Below are positions 14,425-26,966 of a stretch of 64,000 bases of DNA, piece by piece. Positions within the stretch are counted from its first letter, which is position 1. Each line of letters opens with the position of its first letter. The notes beneath the pieces were generated by a model. It was not told the DNA's origin and made no database searches. It saw only the letters and a list, made by a program, of their open reading frames with translations. The translations under genes were made by a program, and so were the position numbers. Origin of the DNA: the human T2T-CHM13v2.0 reference genome, Homo sapiens; the NCBI RefSeq assembly GCF_009914755.1, contig NC_060932.1; one strand, 5' to 3'.

Positions 14425-14623
14425 ACTTTACAACCCTGCATTGATCAGTCATTATATGTATGTTATCCTTGAAAAAGGCCATGACCTTGGAAAAGTGGCT
14501 CTCTTCAGCAGAGATAGGGTAATCCCTGGAGATGGTTGGCTGTAGAGATGTCTGCTGACAGCACTCTCAACAACTGGAAGCCTTAAATGGGTTTCTGGGT
14601 GACACTGCAAAGAGTGCACTACA
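14425..14623 (-). mobile_element. Old ERVL-class LTR fragment (LTR40-like)
   Basis: 'catgaccttggaaaagtggctctcttcagc...tctgctgacagcactctcaacaactgg...gagtgcactaca'; subfamily and strand uncertain. Confidence 0.5.
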
Positions 14624-14799
14624 CTATGCATTACAAAAAAATGTTGTAGTAAAACCTCACTGCCAGTGCTAATGTCTCTGGCACAATGTTCGAAAGGAGG
14701 GCCAGTGACTCCATGTACTGCTAACTCCTCACATTACTTCTTCCACTTGCAAGTTTATTATGGAGTAATCTATCTCATGAAAATTAAGTAATATACAAT

Positions 14800-15272
14800 T
14801 GTATTAGGGTTCTCTAGAGGTACAGAACTAACAGGATATACATATATATATATATGTTTATTAAGTATTAACTCACATGAACACAGGGTCCCACAATAGG
14901 CCCTGTGCCAGCTGAAAAGCAAGGAGAGCCATTCTGAGGCCCAAAACTGGAGAACTTGGAGTCTGATATTGTAGGTCAGGAAGCATCCAGCACAGGAGAA
15001 AGATGTAGGCTTGTAGACTAAGCCAGTCTAGCCTTTTAAGGTTTTTTTTTTTTGTTTTTTTGTTTTTTTGTTTTTTTTTACTTTTTTGGCCTGCTTTATA
15101 TTCACTGGCAGCTGACTAGATTGTGCCCACCCAGATTAAGGGTGTGTCTGCCTTCCCCAGCCCACTGACTCAAATATTACTCTCCTTTGGCAGCACCCTC
15201 ACAGACACATCCAGGATCAATACTTTTCATCCTTCAATCCAATCAAGTTGACACTCAGTATTAACCATCACA
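14800..15272 (-). mobile_element. Solo MLT2A (MLT2A2-like) HERV-L LTR
   Basis: tg...ca termini 'tgtattagggttctctagagg' and 'caagttgacactcagtattaaccatcaca'; internal (TA)n and an expanded T-rich run at 15041-15087. Confidence 0.92.
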
Positions 15273-15434
15273 GCAAGTCTTCAATTTTAGTTGCCAAATT
15301 TCCAGAGACTGGCAAAAAAGAAAAAAGAAAAAAATCCAGAATGTCATTGGCATAAGTAGTAAATTTGAGTAAGTACATTTGGGCCTTTTGAGTATTCAAA
15401 AACCCTGTATATTTTTATTTAAATGTCCACACAA

Positions 15435-15925
15435 GTCATTTTTAAAAATTTTTTGTAGATATGAGATTTCACTGTGGTGCTCAGGCTGATCTCAAACTCC
15501 TGGCTTCAGGCAATCCTCCCACCTCCGCCTCCCAAAGTACTGGGATTGTAGACTTGAGCCACCATTCCAAGGTGGTAGCGTAAACTTTTCAGTATTGCTG
15601 TTAGCAAGTGAGTGTTTGCCAGTATTTGTCCATTGTACTCATGTGCCAAGTAGATGTTCATTGCACATCTGCTTTCACTGTGTCACCATGGTGCCATGAA
15701 GTGTGTGAGGAGCCTCTAATCTGCAAGGATGAATGCTGCATTGACTACAGGATTCTGTTGTGTGGAATGGTCACCTACACAAATTCTATAGGCATAGTAA
15801 TTTACTTTTTTATATATCAAGTAACTATTTGTAAAACTTATACTCCCAAATTATTACAATGATTACAAATATGTTTTTCCATGTTTCATTGCCTGAATAA
15901 AAACTGTTTAGCACTGCTAAAAAAA
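15435..15925 (+). pseudogene. 5'-truncated processed retrocopy of a 3' UTR (parent unidentified), containing an antisense Alu monomer
   Basis: Perfect 15-bp TSD taaatgtccacacaa (15420-15434 / 15926-15940); AATAAA at 15896-15901; A7 at 15919-15925. Confidence 0.8.
15440..15570 (-). mobile_element. Alu left monomer (FLAM_C/AluJ-like) inside the retrocopy
   Basis: 'ttttgtagatatgagatttcactgtggtgctcaggctgatctcaaactcctggc...cccaaagtactgggatt'. Confidence 0.88.
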
Positions 15926-16181
15926 TAAATGTCCACACAATAGCTATAACAAGCTGATCTCGCCTAACGCACTCCTACTATTCCCCATACAAGTGAAAAT
16001 TTAATCACACTCAACCTCCCTCAAAAAAGCTGATTTGATATTTATTAATTATTTTAATTATTTTCAAGCTTCATTGAGGTATAATTGTTATAATAAAAAA
16101 TTGAATATGCCTAATGTATACATTTTGATGAGTTTATACAGATGCATCTACCCAAGATGCCATCACAGTAACAATTTCCTC

Positions 16182-16184
16182 TGT

Positions 16185-16226
<42 letters not shown>
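16182..16226. repeat. (GT)n microsatellite
   Basis: About 22 GT units with one interruption. Confidence 0.97.
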
Positions 16227-16730
<504 letters not shown>

Positions 16731-16984
16731 TAGTCTAAATTTTCTAAAAAACATATATATTTAGAAAGTATATTTTTTTTCCAGAAAATATGCTGCAGAT
16801 GGGCAGCCAGTAGTGGCAATAACCAGGTTAGATTGATGAATGGCAATCTGTATTAGGTATGTAACCCATGTTCCTTCTATTATAACCACATAATTTTTAA
16901 AGCAAGTGTTTTGTTGGCTGCCACAGAACACGTCATCTTGTCTACCTGACTTTGAATGTCTTCTTTGCAAAGGTATTTTTGCTC

Positions 16985-17452
16985 AGAATAGGTAGAACTG
17001 AAAGACATTATGTTAAGTGAAATGAGCCAGACACAGAAAGACAAACTTCACATGTTCTCACTCATTTGTGGGAGCAAGAAATCAAAACAATTGAACTCGT
17101 GGAGATAGAGCGTAGAATGATGGTTACCAGAGGAAGGGAGGGCTAGTCAAGGAGAGGGGAAGAAATAGGAATAGTTATGGATCAGGGATATAGTTAGAAT
17201 GAATAAGATCTAGTATTTGATAGCACAACAAGGTGACAATCAACAATAATTTATTGCACATTTAAAAATAACTAAAAGAGTATATTTGCAAAGTTTCTAA
17301 TACAAAGAAATGGTAGATGCTTTAGGTGATGGATACTCCATCTGTCCTGATGTGATTATTACACCTTGTATGCCTGTATCAAAATATCTTATGTACCTCA
17401 TAAATATATATACTTACAAAGTACCTATAAAAATTAAAGATAAAAATTAAAA
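16985..17452 (+). mobile_element. L1MA2/3-like 3' end
   Basis: 'ttctcactcatttgtgggagc...gatctagtatttgatagcacaacaagg...tgcctgtatcaaaatatc'; A-rich end. Confidence 0.88.
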
Positions 17453-18729
17453 ACTTACTGACATTCTATGTCCATTTTAAGAAGTTCATTCATGTACTTT
17501 TTGATCAAATCTCCTCATTATTCATCCTCCAAGCTTTCCCACCCCACCCCCAAATCCCTGATAATATGTCAAAATCTTTAGCTTCTGGGCAGAATAAGCA
17601 TGTATCTTTACCTTAAAACACCTATTTTTCCAGTCAATGAAATTTGACCTGCTATTAGATGTTTTCCATACAGGAAAGATTTGTTTTCTCCATTATAGGT
17701 AAGCGATCACTGTGTCTTTACAGAGCTGCAGTATTTACCCTCCTATTACTGCTAATACATCACTTAGAGTCATCAGTCAACAAGTTTCACTTAGACATCA
17801 GGTCGTAAAAGATTTTCCATGAAACCAAAATAGGAATCATGTGAGAGAAGGCAGTGAAGTTGACATACCAGCATTTAAGACCTCAGAAGGTTTCCAGTAA
17901 CAGTCTGAAGACATAAATCCATGTGGAGATGAAGTGCTAATATACTTGATTTCATGATTTGGTGGATTGGGAAACCTTGGGTTATATGCTGACCGGGCTC
18001 AGGTTGTTTGTACAGAAACACAGAAGGAAACCAGAAATTACCTCTAAAAACGAAGATACTTATTTGCTCAACAAGATTTGGCTTTAGTAAAACATCAAAA
18101 ACAACAACAACAACAGCAACAAAAACCAATAGCAACAATAAAATCCTAGTTCTTCTTCTGTAGTTAATCTAAGCTTGCCTCAGAATGTGTATATAATTAT
18201 TTTTACACATACTAAGTTATAACATTAGATCCTCAAGATGAAGTCCCTTTTATGCTTGTACTTCAGCCTTAATCAGCTTGAAATTATTACAGCTTCCAAG
18301 CTAGAGTTCACATAGGAAATGGAACAGAGAAAGTTGGTATATATTAACTCCAAAACTAAAAGATAATCAGATTTTGCTTGTTTCATACTCAAAGAAGATA
18401 CAAGATGTAGAATATATCTTTTACTCTGAAGAAACACTCAGAAAGTAATTTAGATGGCAGGAGTCTGAATTTTCAGTTGGTTTATCTCCCTCTCTCAGTC
18501 ACCAAAGTAACTTACCAAGGAATTTAAAATATCTGTGACTTCCTACCAACCTAGACATATCATCTTGAATAATCAATACAGGAACCTAATGAGATATCCT
18601 GTTGGCACTTAAAGTGATAAAAGTTTCTATGAACAAAATTATTATGAATCTAGAGGCTGATATTAGCCTCAGCCAATATTGTAAGGTATATTGCTGTCAG
18701 TTAGAAAATAAATACATACAAGTGCTGCC

Positions 18730-19200
18730 AGCATTCCCTCATTAAGGAATAGAAAAATAATAGTTGCCAGATCAGTGGCTGTATACCCAGGTAGAGCTGC
18801 GTAGATTAACCCCTGTCAAAGAGGATTTGTGTTGCTGTGGTCATGGTCATGCAAATAAGTAGGACCCTATTGGGCTTCCCAAGTCATTAAAGAACCCATA
18901 CTCATTAATCTCCACCACAGACTGTCATGGTTCAAATTTTGGGGCTACCTGTCTGGGCCCATTCCCTATTATAATAACCATGCCCACTGGGACTTTAGAT
19001 GATACCTACTACACTTCAGCATGCTACTCTGGGAGTCCATCCTCCGCACTGAAAACAGGAATCACATTTAGCAACAGCACTTCAGACCATAGACTGAAGG
19101 AAACAGTCACAGTAATGAGTTTTCATTGCTGAGGTTGATGTTACCCTCTCTCATGTATTCTCAGTGCCATGATCCAGGAATTGTTTTCTAGGACTTACTG
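18730..19200 (-). mobile_element. Degraded ERVL-class internal (pol) fragment
   Basis: 18741-18790 translates on the minus strand as YTATDLA...FSIP (one frameshift), matching the ERVL RT motif WYAAIDLANAFFSIP; extent approximate. Confidence 0.5.
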
Positions 19201-19489
19201 TGTGACGTGGTAGTGACATGTCAACATGTCACGAATGATAAATCTACTCTAATTTTCCTATCTCTGTAAGTCATTGAATTCTTTCTTCTATTGTATTCTA
19301 AGAAATATGTGAAATCTCAATTTAGTAAAGACTGCTGATGAGTTCAAGATTCAGTCAAACAGTCAAATAATGTTTATAATCTCTCATTAAAATTCTATTA
19401 GCAGATCAAATGGAAATTCTGGTCAGGGCCTTAGACAGTGGGCATTCCGAACTTTAGAAATTGGGAAATAAGGAGAAACTAATAAAAAA

Positions 19490-20410
19490 AATTAGGAGAT
19501 GCTAATTAAGTTGTAAGAGGATAAAGAGCCATGAGTTTCCCAGAATTCAAGTGGAGGAAAATATGTTTTTTATGAAATAAGGGAATTATTAACTTTGTTA
19601 AATGAAAATTATGAATTTGATAATTTAACCATAGATAATTCCCCACTGCATTAATAATACAGAGGTCATTGTTGAGCTGTATCAGTGGAATGTTGGAGAC
19701 CAAAGCCTGACTATACTGTACTCAAGGGAAAAAGGGAGGAGATCAGCTGAAGAAAACAAAAATAAACCAAATTATAGAGAATGTTTCATGTTAAAAAGAA
19801 AACAGGGAAATGGTAGAGGGTGAGCTAACTGGAGCAGGATATATGGCAAAACTAGTTTGTTGTTGTTTTGTTAACATGAATAATATTATAACTTGTTTGT
19901 TTGCTGATGGAAAAGATCCAGGTGATGAGGGGATAGTCATTCTAAGAAAGAGTGGAAACAGACAGGCAGTAATGTTCTTGAGGCTATGAGAGCAGTCAAA
20001 TCTAGTATACAAATGACTTATTTGGCTTTAGATAAGAGAAGGAACAGTTCTCCCAAAGGGACCAAAAGAAAAGCAAGAAATGAGCACAGTTCATTGATTG
20101 CATGTGGACATGGTAAGTGCAGTGGATTGTATGTAGAAATTATTTTTCTGAACGTCTGTCTTTTCTCAGAGAAATAGTGGCTAGAAACAATACCTGAGAA
20201 TGAGAAGTAGGGGAAGTATAGGGGGGTTTAGGAGTGAAAAGGGCATGGCACAGGTCTCTCAGACTGTGAAGAATAAAAATATAAAAGAAATATAGTACGA
20301 TGGACATTATTGAGAGCCTAACTGAGGTCAACATAAATGAATTTAAGGTATACCAGTCATAATGCTTGTTTGTTTTTCTTTAGCTATGTGGAGAAGGAGC
20401 TGAATAGAAA
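19490..20410 (-). mobile_element. L2 fragment
   Basis: Purine-rich antisense L2 motifs 'gaggtcattgttgagctgtatcagtggaatgttggagaccaaagcctgact'. Confidence 0.7.
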
Positions 20411-20526
20411 AAAAGACTCAATTTAATTCATGTAGACAATTTGTGGTGTCAGTCTCTCCTGTATAGAATGTAATGTTTATAACAGCAAGGTACTCACTCT
20501 CTTGTTTCTTGCAGTATCCTGAAAAC

Positions 20527-20722
20527 ATATATTATATATAAAATATATATATAAAATATATATATATAATATATATAAAATATATATATATAATATATAT
20601 AAAATATATATATAATGTATATATAAAATATATATATAATATATATATTATATATATAAATGCTATATATATGTATACCATTAAAATATATGAATTAGAA
20701 TATGGAATATATATATATATAT
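20527..20722. repeat. Interrupted (TA)n tract
   Basis: About 195 bp, almost entirely TA; abuts the MLT2A LTR remnant. Confidence 0.95.
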
Positions 20723-22007
20723 TCCATTAGTTCTGCTCTGCTAGAGAAACCTGATTAACACAGATCTTGGTACCAGGAGTGGTTCTTGATGAACATAATA
20801 TTAAGGATGGAGTTCTTTCATTGGTTTTGATGTTTCTGGAGTTGGCTGCTTAATATGATTAGACCCCACAATGCTAAGGACTCTACTTCTAATAGTATGG
20901 AGAACACTGATAGTCCTTGGCATGAACTGTTTCAAGAGTTATACAAAATAAATGCATTTGACACTCCTGATTCAATACTCACGAGAGGCAAGGACTTTAG
21001 TGACTCTATACATAATACCTTTGTCCATATGTGGAGATCCAAGGAACATAATAAAGCTGGTTGGTTACTCCTAAGTTCAGTGGACAAAATGATGAAAGAA
21101 AATAATGAGCTCAGTGTTTCTAACTCCTGGCTTCAGAAGCAGATACTGAGCCTCAAATCTGCTAAGATTGCCCTGGGTCAGAGTCTTATCTTCTGTAGAG
21201 AAAGAGCTGAAATTCTGGAAACACAGACACAAGCTCTTAAAATGTGGGTGGTTGACCAGCAATGAAAGGGGCATGCACAGTTCTGCCAGGTGTTCAGGCA
21301 TGAGAATAAATGTTATCAGTGTGGGAAAATGGGGGAAGGAACATAGCATTAGATGATGCTGAATTTATTGATTTGGGCCCACTAAGTAGGGACTCTGCAT
21401 TTAATGTTGCAGCTCAGGGAGTTAAAAAAGGCTCTAATAGTTTATTTGCTTGGTTATCTGACACATGGATTAAAAGTTGGCCCACTGAGCAAGCTGGAAA
21501 TGCCAGATCTCTGTTGATTTAATGTAAAGGAAGGGATCCAAAGGGTTAGGGAGATTAGGATGGTGGAGTGGATTAGTCACTTTAGACCTATTCATCCCAG
21601 CTGGGAAGGTCCAGAAGATATACCCTTGACCAATGCCTTGCAAAATAGATTTGTGAGGGCAGCACCTGCATTTTTCAAGGCAGACCCACCCTTAGTCTGG
21701 GTGAGCACAATCTAATTAGCTGCCAGCATGGCTAGAGTATAAGCAGGCGGAAAAAATTTGAAAAAAAATACTGTCCTAGCCTCCCAGCCTACATTCTTCT
21801 CCCGTGCTGGATGCTTCTTCCCCTCAAACATCAGACTCCAAGTTCTCCAGTTTTGGAACTCGGACTGGCTCTCCTTGTTCTTCAGCCTGCAGACAGCCTA
21901 CTGTGGGACCTTGTGATTGTGTAAGTTAATACTTAGTAAATTCCCATTTATATAGCTATATATCTACTTCATTAGTTCTATCCCTCTGAAGAACACTGAC
22001 TAATACA
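20700..22007 (+). mobile_element. Internally deleted HERV-L provirus: 5' LTR end (to 20762), PBS, gag fragments, partial 3' MLT2A LTR (21677-22007)
   Basis: LTR end 'ctagagaaacctgattaacaca'; PBS-like 'tggtaccaggagtggttc' (20768-20785); gag peptide MIRPHNAKDSTSNSMENTDSPWHELF; 3' LTR end 'gaagaacactgactaataca'. Confidence 0.92.
20855..21265 (+). pseudogene. HERV-L gag N-terminal remnant (136-codon open stretch)
   Basis: Translation matches HERV-L Gag (ENTDSPWHELF...GWLLLSSVDK...LKSAKIAL); premature stop, further gag pieces to ~21676. Confidence 0.85.
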
Positions 22008-22189
22008 CTAATGTTTTTCTTTCTGCCCGGGTAACAAGGAGAACCTACAAAAAGAAACTTAGACATGACATGTAGCATTGGTGACTGATTTCATACCTTT
22101 GAATGTATGCCTCAGCTCTGGCCAAGCACAGATATCTCAATATATGGTAGGCATTCAATAAATGTCTACTGAAGTAATGGAAATTCTGT

Positions 22190-22285
22190 TATGATAATAA
22201 TAATAATAGCAAACTTGTATAACTCTTAATACTTGCTAAAAACTATTTTATGTCTCTTATGTTAACTCCTTTAATCCTCCCAAAA
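22190..22285 (-). mobile_element. MIR fragment
   Basis: 'ataataatagcaaacttgtat...ttaactcctttaatcctcccaaaaac'. Confidence 0.65.
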
Positions 22286-22289
22286 ACAG

Positions 22290-22832
22290 TGTCAACAGGT
22301 GATTGTCTAAATAATACACATTTTTCAGTCTTTCTTGTTGCTCTGCATTTGAGTTTCTGTGAGATTTAAAGTAAAGTGAATCCTACATTGTATTCAGAAG
22401 ATGAAAATTCTAGGTACTGACTTACTGAGCTTCCCTTGAAGCTAGGGTGTGAACAGGTATACTAAGCAAATACCCTCCACCCCAGATATTGAATTGAAAG
22501 CTAGTGACAAAAATAATTAGTGCCATAAAGGTTCATCCCAGTTGGAGTGGCAGCTGCAATCAGCTTAATTTCCCAAAAGCATCATTGTCTTGTTAAAACA
22601 AACCAGAGAGTCTGGTCTTCTTCAGTGGTAGAATATATATATTACACAGGAATCCTAAACAGAGTGCTCTTTTGTTTTTTTGTTTTTTTTTTGATCTGCC
22701 CTAGTTGTATGAAAGGGGTTCTCTAGGTTCTCAGAAATTTCTCAGTCCCATAATACTATGTAACTAATTATTTTTAATTAATCAGCCACAATGGATTTCT
22801 CTTTCTTGCAAGTAATATATTTGATTGATACA
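22290..22832 (+). mobile_element. LTR33-like ERVL LTR
   Basis: 'ttcccttgaagctagggtgt...gaattgaaagctagtgac' and terminal 'atcagccacaatggatttct...ttgattgataca'. Confidence 0.55.
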
Positions 22833-22879
22833 CTCTTATATTACCTTAGATCAACAGAAACATTTAAAATTAATTCCTC

Positions 22880-23560
22880 ATTAATAAAATTAGTTAATTA
22901 ATTTGGTAATACATTGATTGCATGTTGTACTATGCCTTGAGGGAGTACAATAATGAATAGCAAGTTCCTTGTGACCTTATTGTGTCATAAGTGAGGTAAG
23001 CTAGGTTAATCATTAACTGATATATGATTAATAAGCACTTGTAAGGAGAAATAAAGTATCCAAAAGATTCATTAGAAAGAAAAATTATTTTCATCAAGAA
23101 TTTTCTGGGAAGGTTCACTTGAAGTAGATAACTTTTTGTCTGGGAATGTAAAGTGAAGGAGAGTGTACCATGAGCAAAGCTGGAATCATGAAATAGTTCA
23201 GGACCCATCTTTTAGTTTGGCAGCAGACTGAGCAAGGCTTAGAAGATGCCACAAACTTAAGTGATCTGGGGGCTAAGGATACTGTATAACAGTATAAATA
23301 ATACAGTATATGATCATCTCAGTGGTGCAGCCTATAGTGACAGTATCTCAACCTTTAAGACATTTAGTTTTGTATTTTTCAGACAAAGTGCTGATAAATT
23401 AATAAAGCTGAAGCTGCTAGGTTTTTTTTTTTTTTTTTTTTTTACCTCTGGCTTATATCTGATTTTTTTATATAGTCCAGAGGGTACACTGAAATTTTCT
23501 CAGTAAAGAAGGGGCAGAATCAGATAAGTAATTCAGGATATTGATGAATGGTGGTCTTTA
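22880..23560 (-). mobile_element. L2 fragment
   Basis: Antisense L2 3' motifs 'acattgattgcatgttgtactatgcc' and 'ctgaaattttctcagtaaagaaggggcagaatcagat'. Confidence 0.55.
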
Positions 23561-23744
23561 AGTAAATTTGGGAACAAAATTATTTAAGATTCGCATTTTG
23601 AGGAACATTAAGGAAGATCTGTGGGAGTGTTCAGTAGGTTTGAGGTCTATGGGAGCTCTACTCTTTTGCCTCCCCACACTTACTCTTTTAGATCAGCCAC
23701 GTTGTGGTCTTTTACTCTATTTTCATTCCTATTTCTAAATTACT

Positions 23745-25320
23745 TCTTGTTAGTCTTGAGGCATATAGCAAAAATACCCAACAATGCATTGATTCAAGCA
23801 GAGGAGGAATTTATTTCTCACTCATTTAATAGATTCTTGTAGATGGGCAGAATCTGCCCCAGGATTCATTTTAGGAATCCTCACCAACTGGGCAACTCTA
23901 TCATCTACAAGTCACAACTTGCAAGTTCTCTCCAGTCATCATTGTCTCCAACCAGCAGAAATAACAACAAAAAAGGAGTATATTTAGAATATGGATTAAA
24001 GACTTAAATGTAAACACAAAACTATAAAATCCCTAGAAAAAACCTAGGCAATACCATTCAGGACATAGGCGCAGGCAGAGATTTCATGACAAAGATGCCA
24101 AAAGCAATTGCAACAAAAGTAAAAATTGATAAATGGGATCTAATATAAACTTAAGAGCTTTTGCACAGCAAAAGAAACTATCAACAGAGTACCAGACAAC
24201 CTATAGAATGGGAGAAAATTTTTGCAATCTATGCATCTGACAAAGGTCTTATATCCAGCATCTACAGGGAACTTAAACAAATTTACAAGACAACAACAAA
24301 CAACCCCATTTAAAAATGGGCAAAGGACATAAACAGATACTTCTCAAAAGAAGACATACATGTGGCCAACAATCATATGAAAAAAAGTTCAATACCACTG
24401 ATCATTAGAGAAATGCAAATCAAACCCACAATGAGATACCATCTCACACCAGGAAGAATGACTATTATTAAAAAGTCAAAAAATAATACATGCTGAAGAG
24501 GTTGTGGAGAAAAAAATGCTTTTACACTGTTGCTGGGAGTATAAATTAGTTCAACCATTGTGGAAGACAGCCTAGCAGTTCCTCCAACACCTAGAGACAA
24601 AAATGCCATTCAACCCAGAAATCCTGTTACTAGAAGTCTACCTAAAGGAATATAAATCAGTCTATTATAAAGATACATTTATATGTATGTTCATTGCAGC
24701 ACTATTCACAATATCAAAGGCATAGGATCAACATAAATGTCCATCAATGATAGACTAGATAAAGAAAATGTGGTACATATACACTATGGAACACTATACA
24801 GCCATAAAAAGGAATAAGATCATGCCCTTTGCAGGGACATGGATGAAGCTGGAGGCCATTATCCTTAGCAAACTGACACAGGAACAGAAAACCAAATACC
24901 ATATGTACTCACTTATAAGCGGGAGCTAAGTGATGAGAACACATGAACACGTAGAGGGGAACAGTGCACACTGAGGCTTACCAGAGGGTGGAGGTTGGGA
25001 GAAGGGAGAGGATCAGGAAAAATGACTAATGGATGCTCAACTGAATACCTGGGTGATAAAATAATCTGTGCCACAAACCCCTGTGACACATCTTTACCTA
25101 TGTAACAAGCCTGCACATCTGCACATGTACCCCTGAACTTAAAAATGAAAGTTAAAAAAAAAAAACAGTATATCTAGAGTAAAGGGCTTTTAGTCTATTT
25201 AGTTTTCACTTGCTTACTTTAAAGAAAATAAGGTGGAAGTTGCACATATACTCATACTCATACTCACATTCCATAGTGACAGCATCATCATATGACCACT
25301 GAGTAACATAGTATTCCCAG
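23745..25320 (-). mobile_element. Old MLT1 (J/K-like) MaLR LTR split by the L1 at 23991-25165
   Basis: 'aaaatacccaacaatg...gaatttatttctcactcat' before the L1 and 'gaagttgcacat...ctcacattccat...catatgacca' after it. Confidence 0.5.
23991..25165 (+). mobile_element. 5'-truncated L1PA13/15-like element with TSD
   Basis: ORF2 end, 3' UTR 'gagaggatcaggaaaaatgactaatgg', poly(A); TSD agtatatttagaat (23977-23990) / agtatatctagagt (25167-25180). Confidence 0.93.
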
Positions 25321-25748
25321 GAAATCAAGTGCCCAGAAAGGATAAAACAGACAGGAGAGGTGAGAGACAGGCAAAGGTCTTCATATTTGTTTTCATTTGT
25401 CTGCTATCCTTCACACAATTTGAAAGGTTGCCTTTTAGAACCCACTACTCTCACGTCCCTCTTGGAGACATAGTGGTAGATTTGAGAGGGTCACTGTGAG
25501 AATATTGACTATCTCAAATTTCATATTGCATTTTCAATTTTATTTTGGACTTTTAGCTACAAAATTTAATTCTGAATATTTGACGTTTAACTTAATCTTT
25601 CTGTTCTGAATTTCAATATTGTTTAGTAACATACCAATATTTTTATTGATACCCGAGGGTATTCTATTTTATGTGTGCATACTTACCAGAAATGGAGAAG
25701 TAAAAATAGATTTATATGGCTTTTGGTCACTTTAAATTAATTAATTAC

Positions 25749-25749
25749 T

Positions 25750-25780
<31 letters not shown>

Positions 25781-25782
25781 TT
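25749..25782. repeat. (TTTA)n microsatellite
   Basis: About 8 units. Confidence 0.9.
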
Positions 25783-25898
25783 GGAGGTTTGCATTCATGG
25801 TTGGTTAAGAGGATAATGATTAGAAAGTTTCAGTAGTGAAATTCAAGTTAAAACGCATTATTTTTTTCCAATGGAATAGTATAGTTTCAACTGCATTT

Positions 25899-26605
25899 TT
25901 TGGTGATAACTAGCCTCCAAGAGCTCCCAAAAGATTTCTGCCTCCTGGTATTCACACTCGTTGGAGTTCCTCTCTCACTGAATGGGACTAACATCTGTTG
26001 CATATAAGATATAGAAATAATGGAGTGTGTTTTTTGATGCTAGGTCATAGAAAGCATCTGTGTTCCATCTTTCTGCCTTTATTTACTCTCTCTGAGTGAA
26101 GACAAGAGCATGTCATTAGATACATAAGTGCATATAACTAGTACCAGACAAGTGAGTCATCTTGGAAGCAGATTTTCCAAACAAAGCAAAGCTTTCAGAT
26201 GATTGCGATACTGGTTGCATCTTAACCATATATCGTGAGATACTCCAAGCCAGAATCATGCAACTAAACTGCTGCTGAATGCCCTATCCACAGAGACTAT
26301 GAGATAACAGGTTTTATTAAATTTTATTTTTAATTGACAGATACTAACTGTATATATTTATGGGATGCAATGTGATGATCTATTTTTACAATGTAGAATG
26401 ATTAAATCAGGTTAACTAACAAATTTATCACCTTGCATATTTATCACTTTTTTGTGTGGTGAAAACATTCAAAATCTACTCTGGTTGGGGGAAGATGAAA
26501 CATTAATCAAAGTATACGAGGTTTCAGTTACATAGAAAGAGTATTGATTATTTTAAGCCACTGATATTTTAGATGATTAGTTATATAGCAATAGATGACT
26601 ACTGT
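25899..26605 (+). mobile_element. MLT1F-like MaLR LTR interrupted by an L1MA fragment
   Basis: 'gcctcctggtattcacac' start; 'cttggaagcagattttcc...ctttcagatgattgc'; end 'ttttaagccactga...atagcaatagatgact'. Confidence 0.75.
26311..26543 (-). mobile_element. Short L1MA 3' end with an inverted 5' piece (26483-26543 in + orientation)
   Basis: Antisense 'ttttatttttaattgacag...gaaaacattcaaaatctactct' followed by sense 'atcaaagtatacgaggtttcagttacatag'. Confidence 0.7.
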
Positions 26606-26966
26606 AATTTTCAGCACACTCATAGCAAGGTTTCCCTAAGCATCTAGCTACATTGTATTCTATGTTCAATATAACCTTGAAGTTTTCATGGTTTTTGCAC
26701 TGAATGATACAGGATGTTTTGTGTTCGTTTTTTGGTGTAGGAATTAGCCAGCTAGTTTTTCCTTAAATCAGATTTGAGTTACATGTGACAGAAATTGTCT
26801 GGAGTTCATTTTGTTTCTTTCTAAGAAGGCTACCTAGAACATCAAAGTGGATCATTAGATTCACAGAGTCTGAATAGGAATCTGTAACAATGAGTAGAAA
26901 GAGTATCATCTGCAGCAAGAGAACTACAGATGAGCTATTGCCCAAAATGTGGGTAGATTGTCCATG

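Noticed and set aside
14795-15277. TSD for the solo MLT2A LTR
   Set aside because: Flanks acaat / gcaag match only 3/5; not convincing.
15608-15862. 84-aa Cys-rich ORF inside the retrocopy
   Set aside because: Non-ATG start, no recognisable family, and its position just upstream of the poly(A) signal fits UTR sequence.
17690-17706. Splice-donor-like ag|gtaagc
   Set aside because: An isolated motif with no supportable exon; expected by chance in 64 kb.
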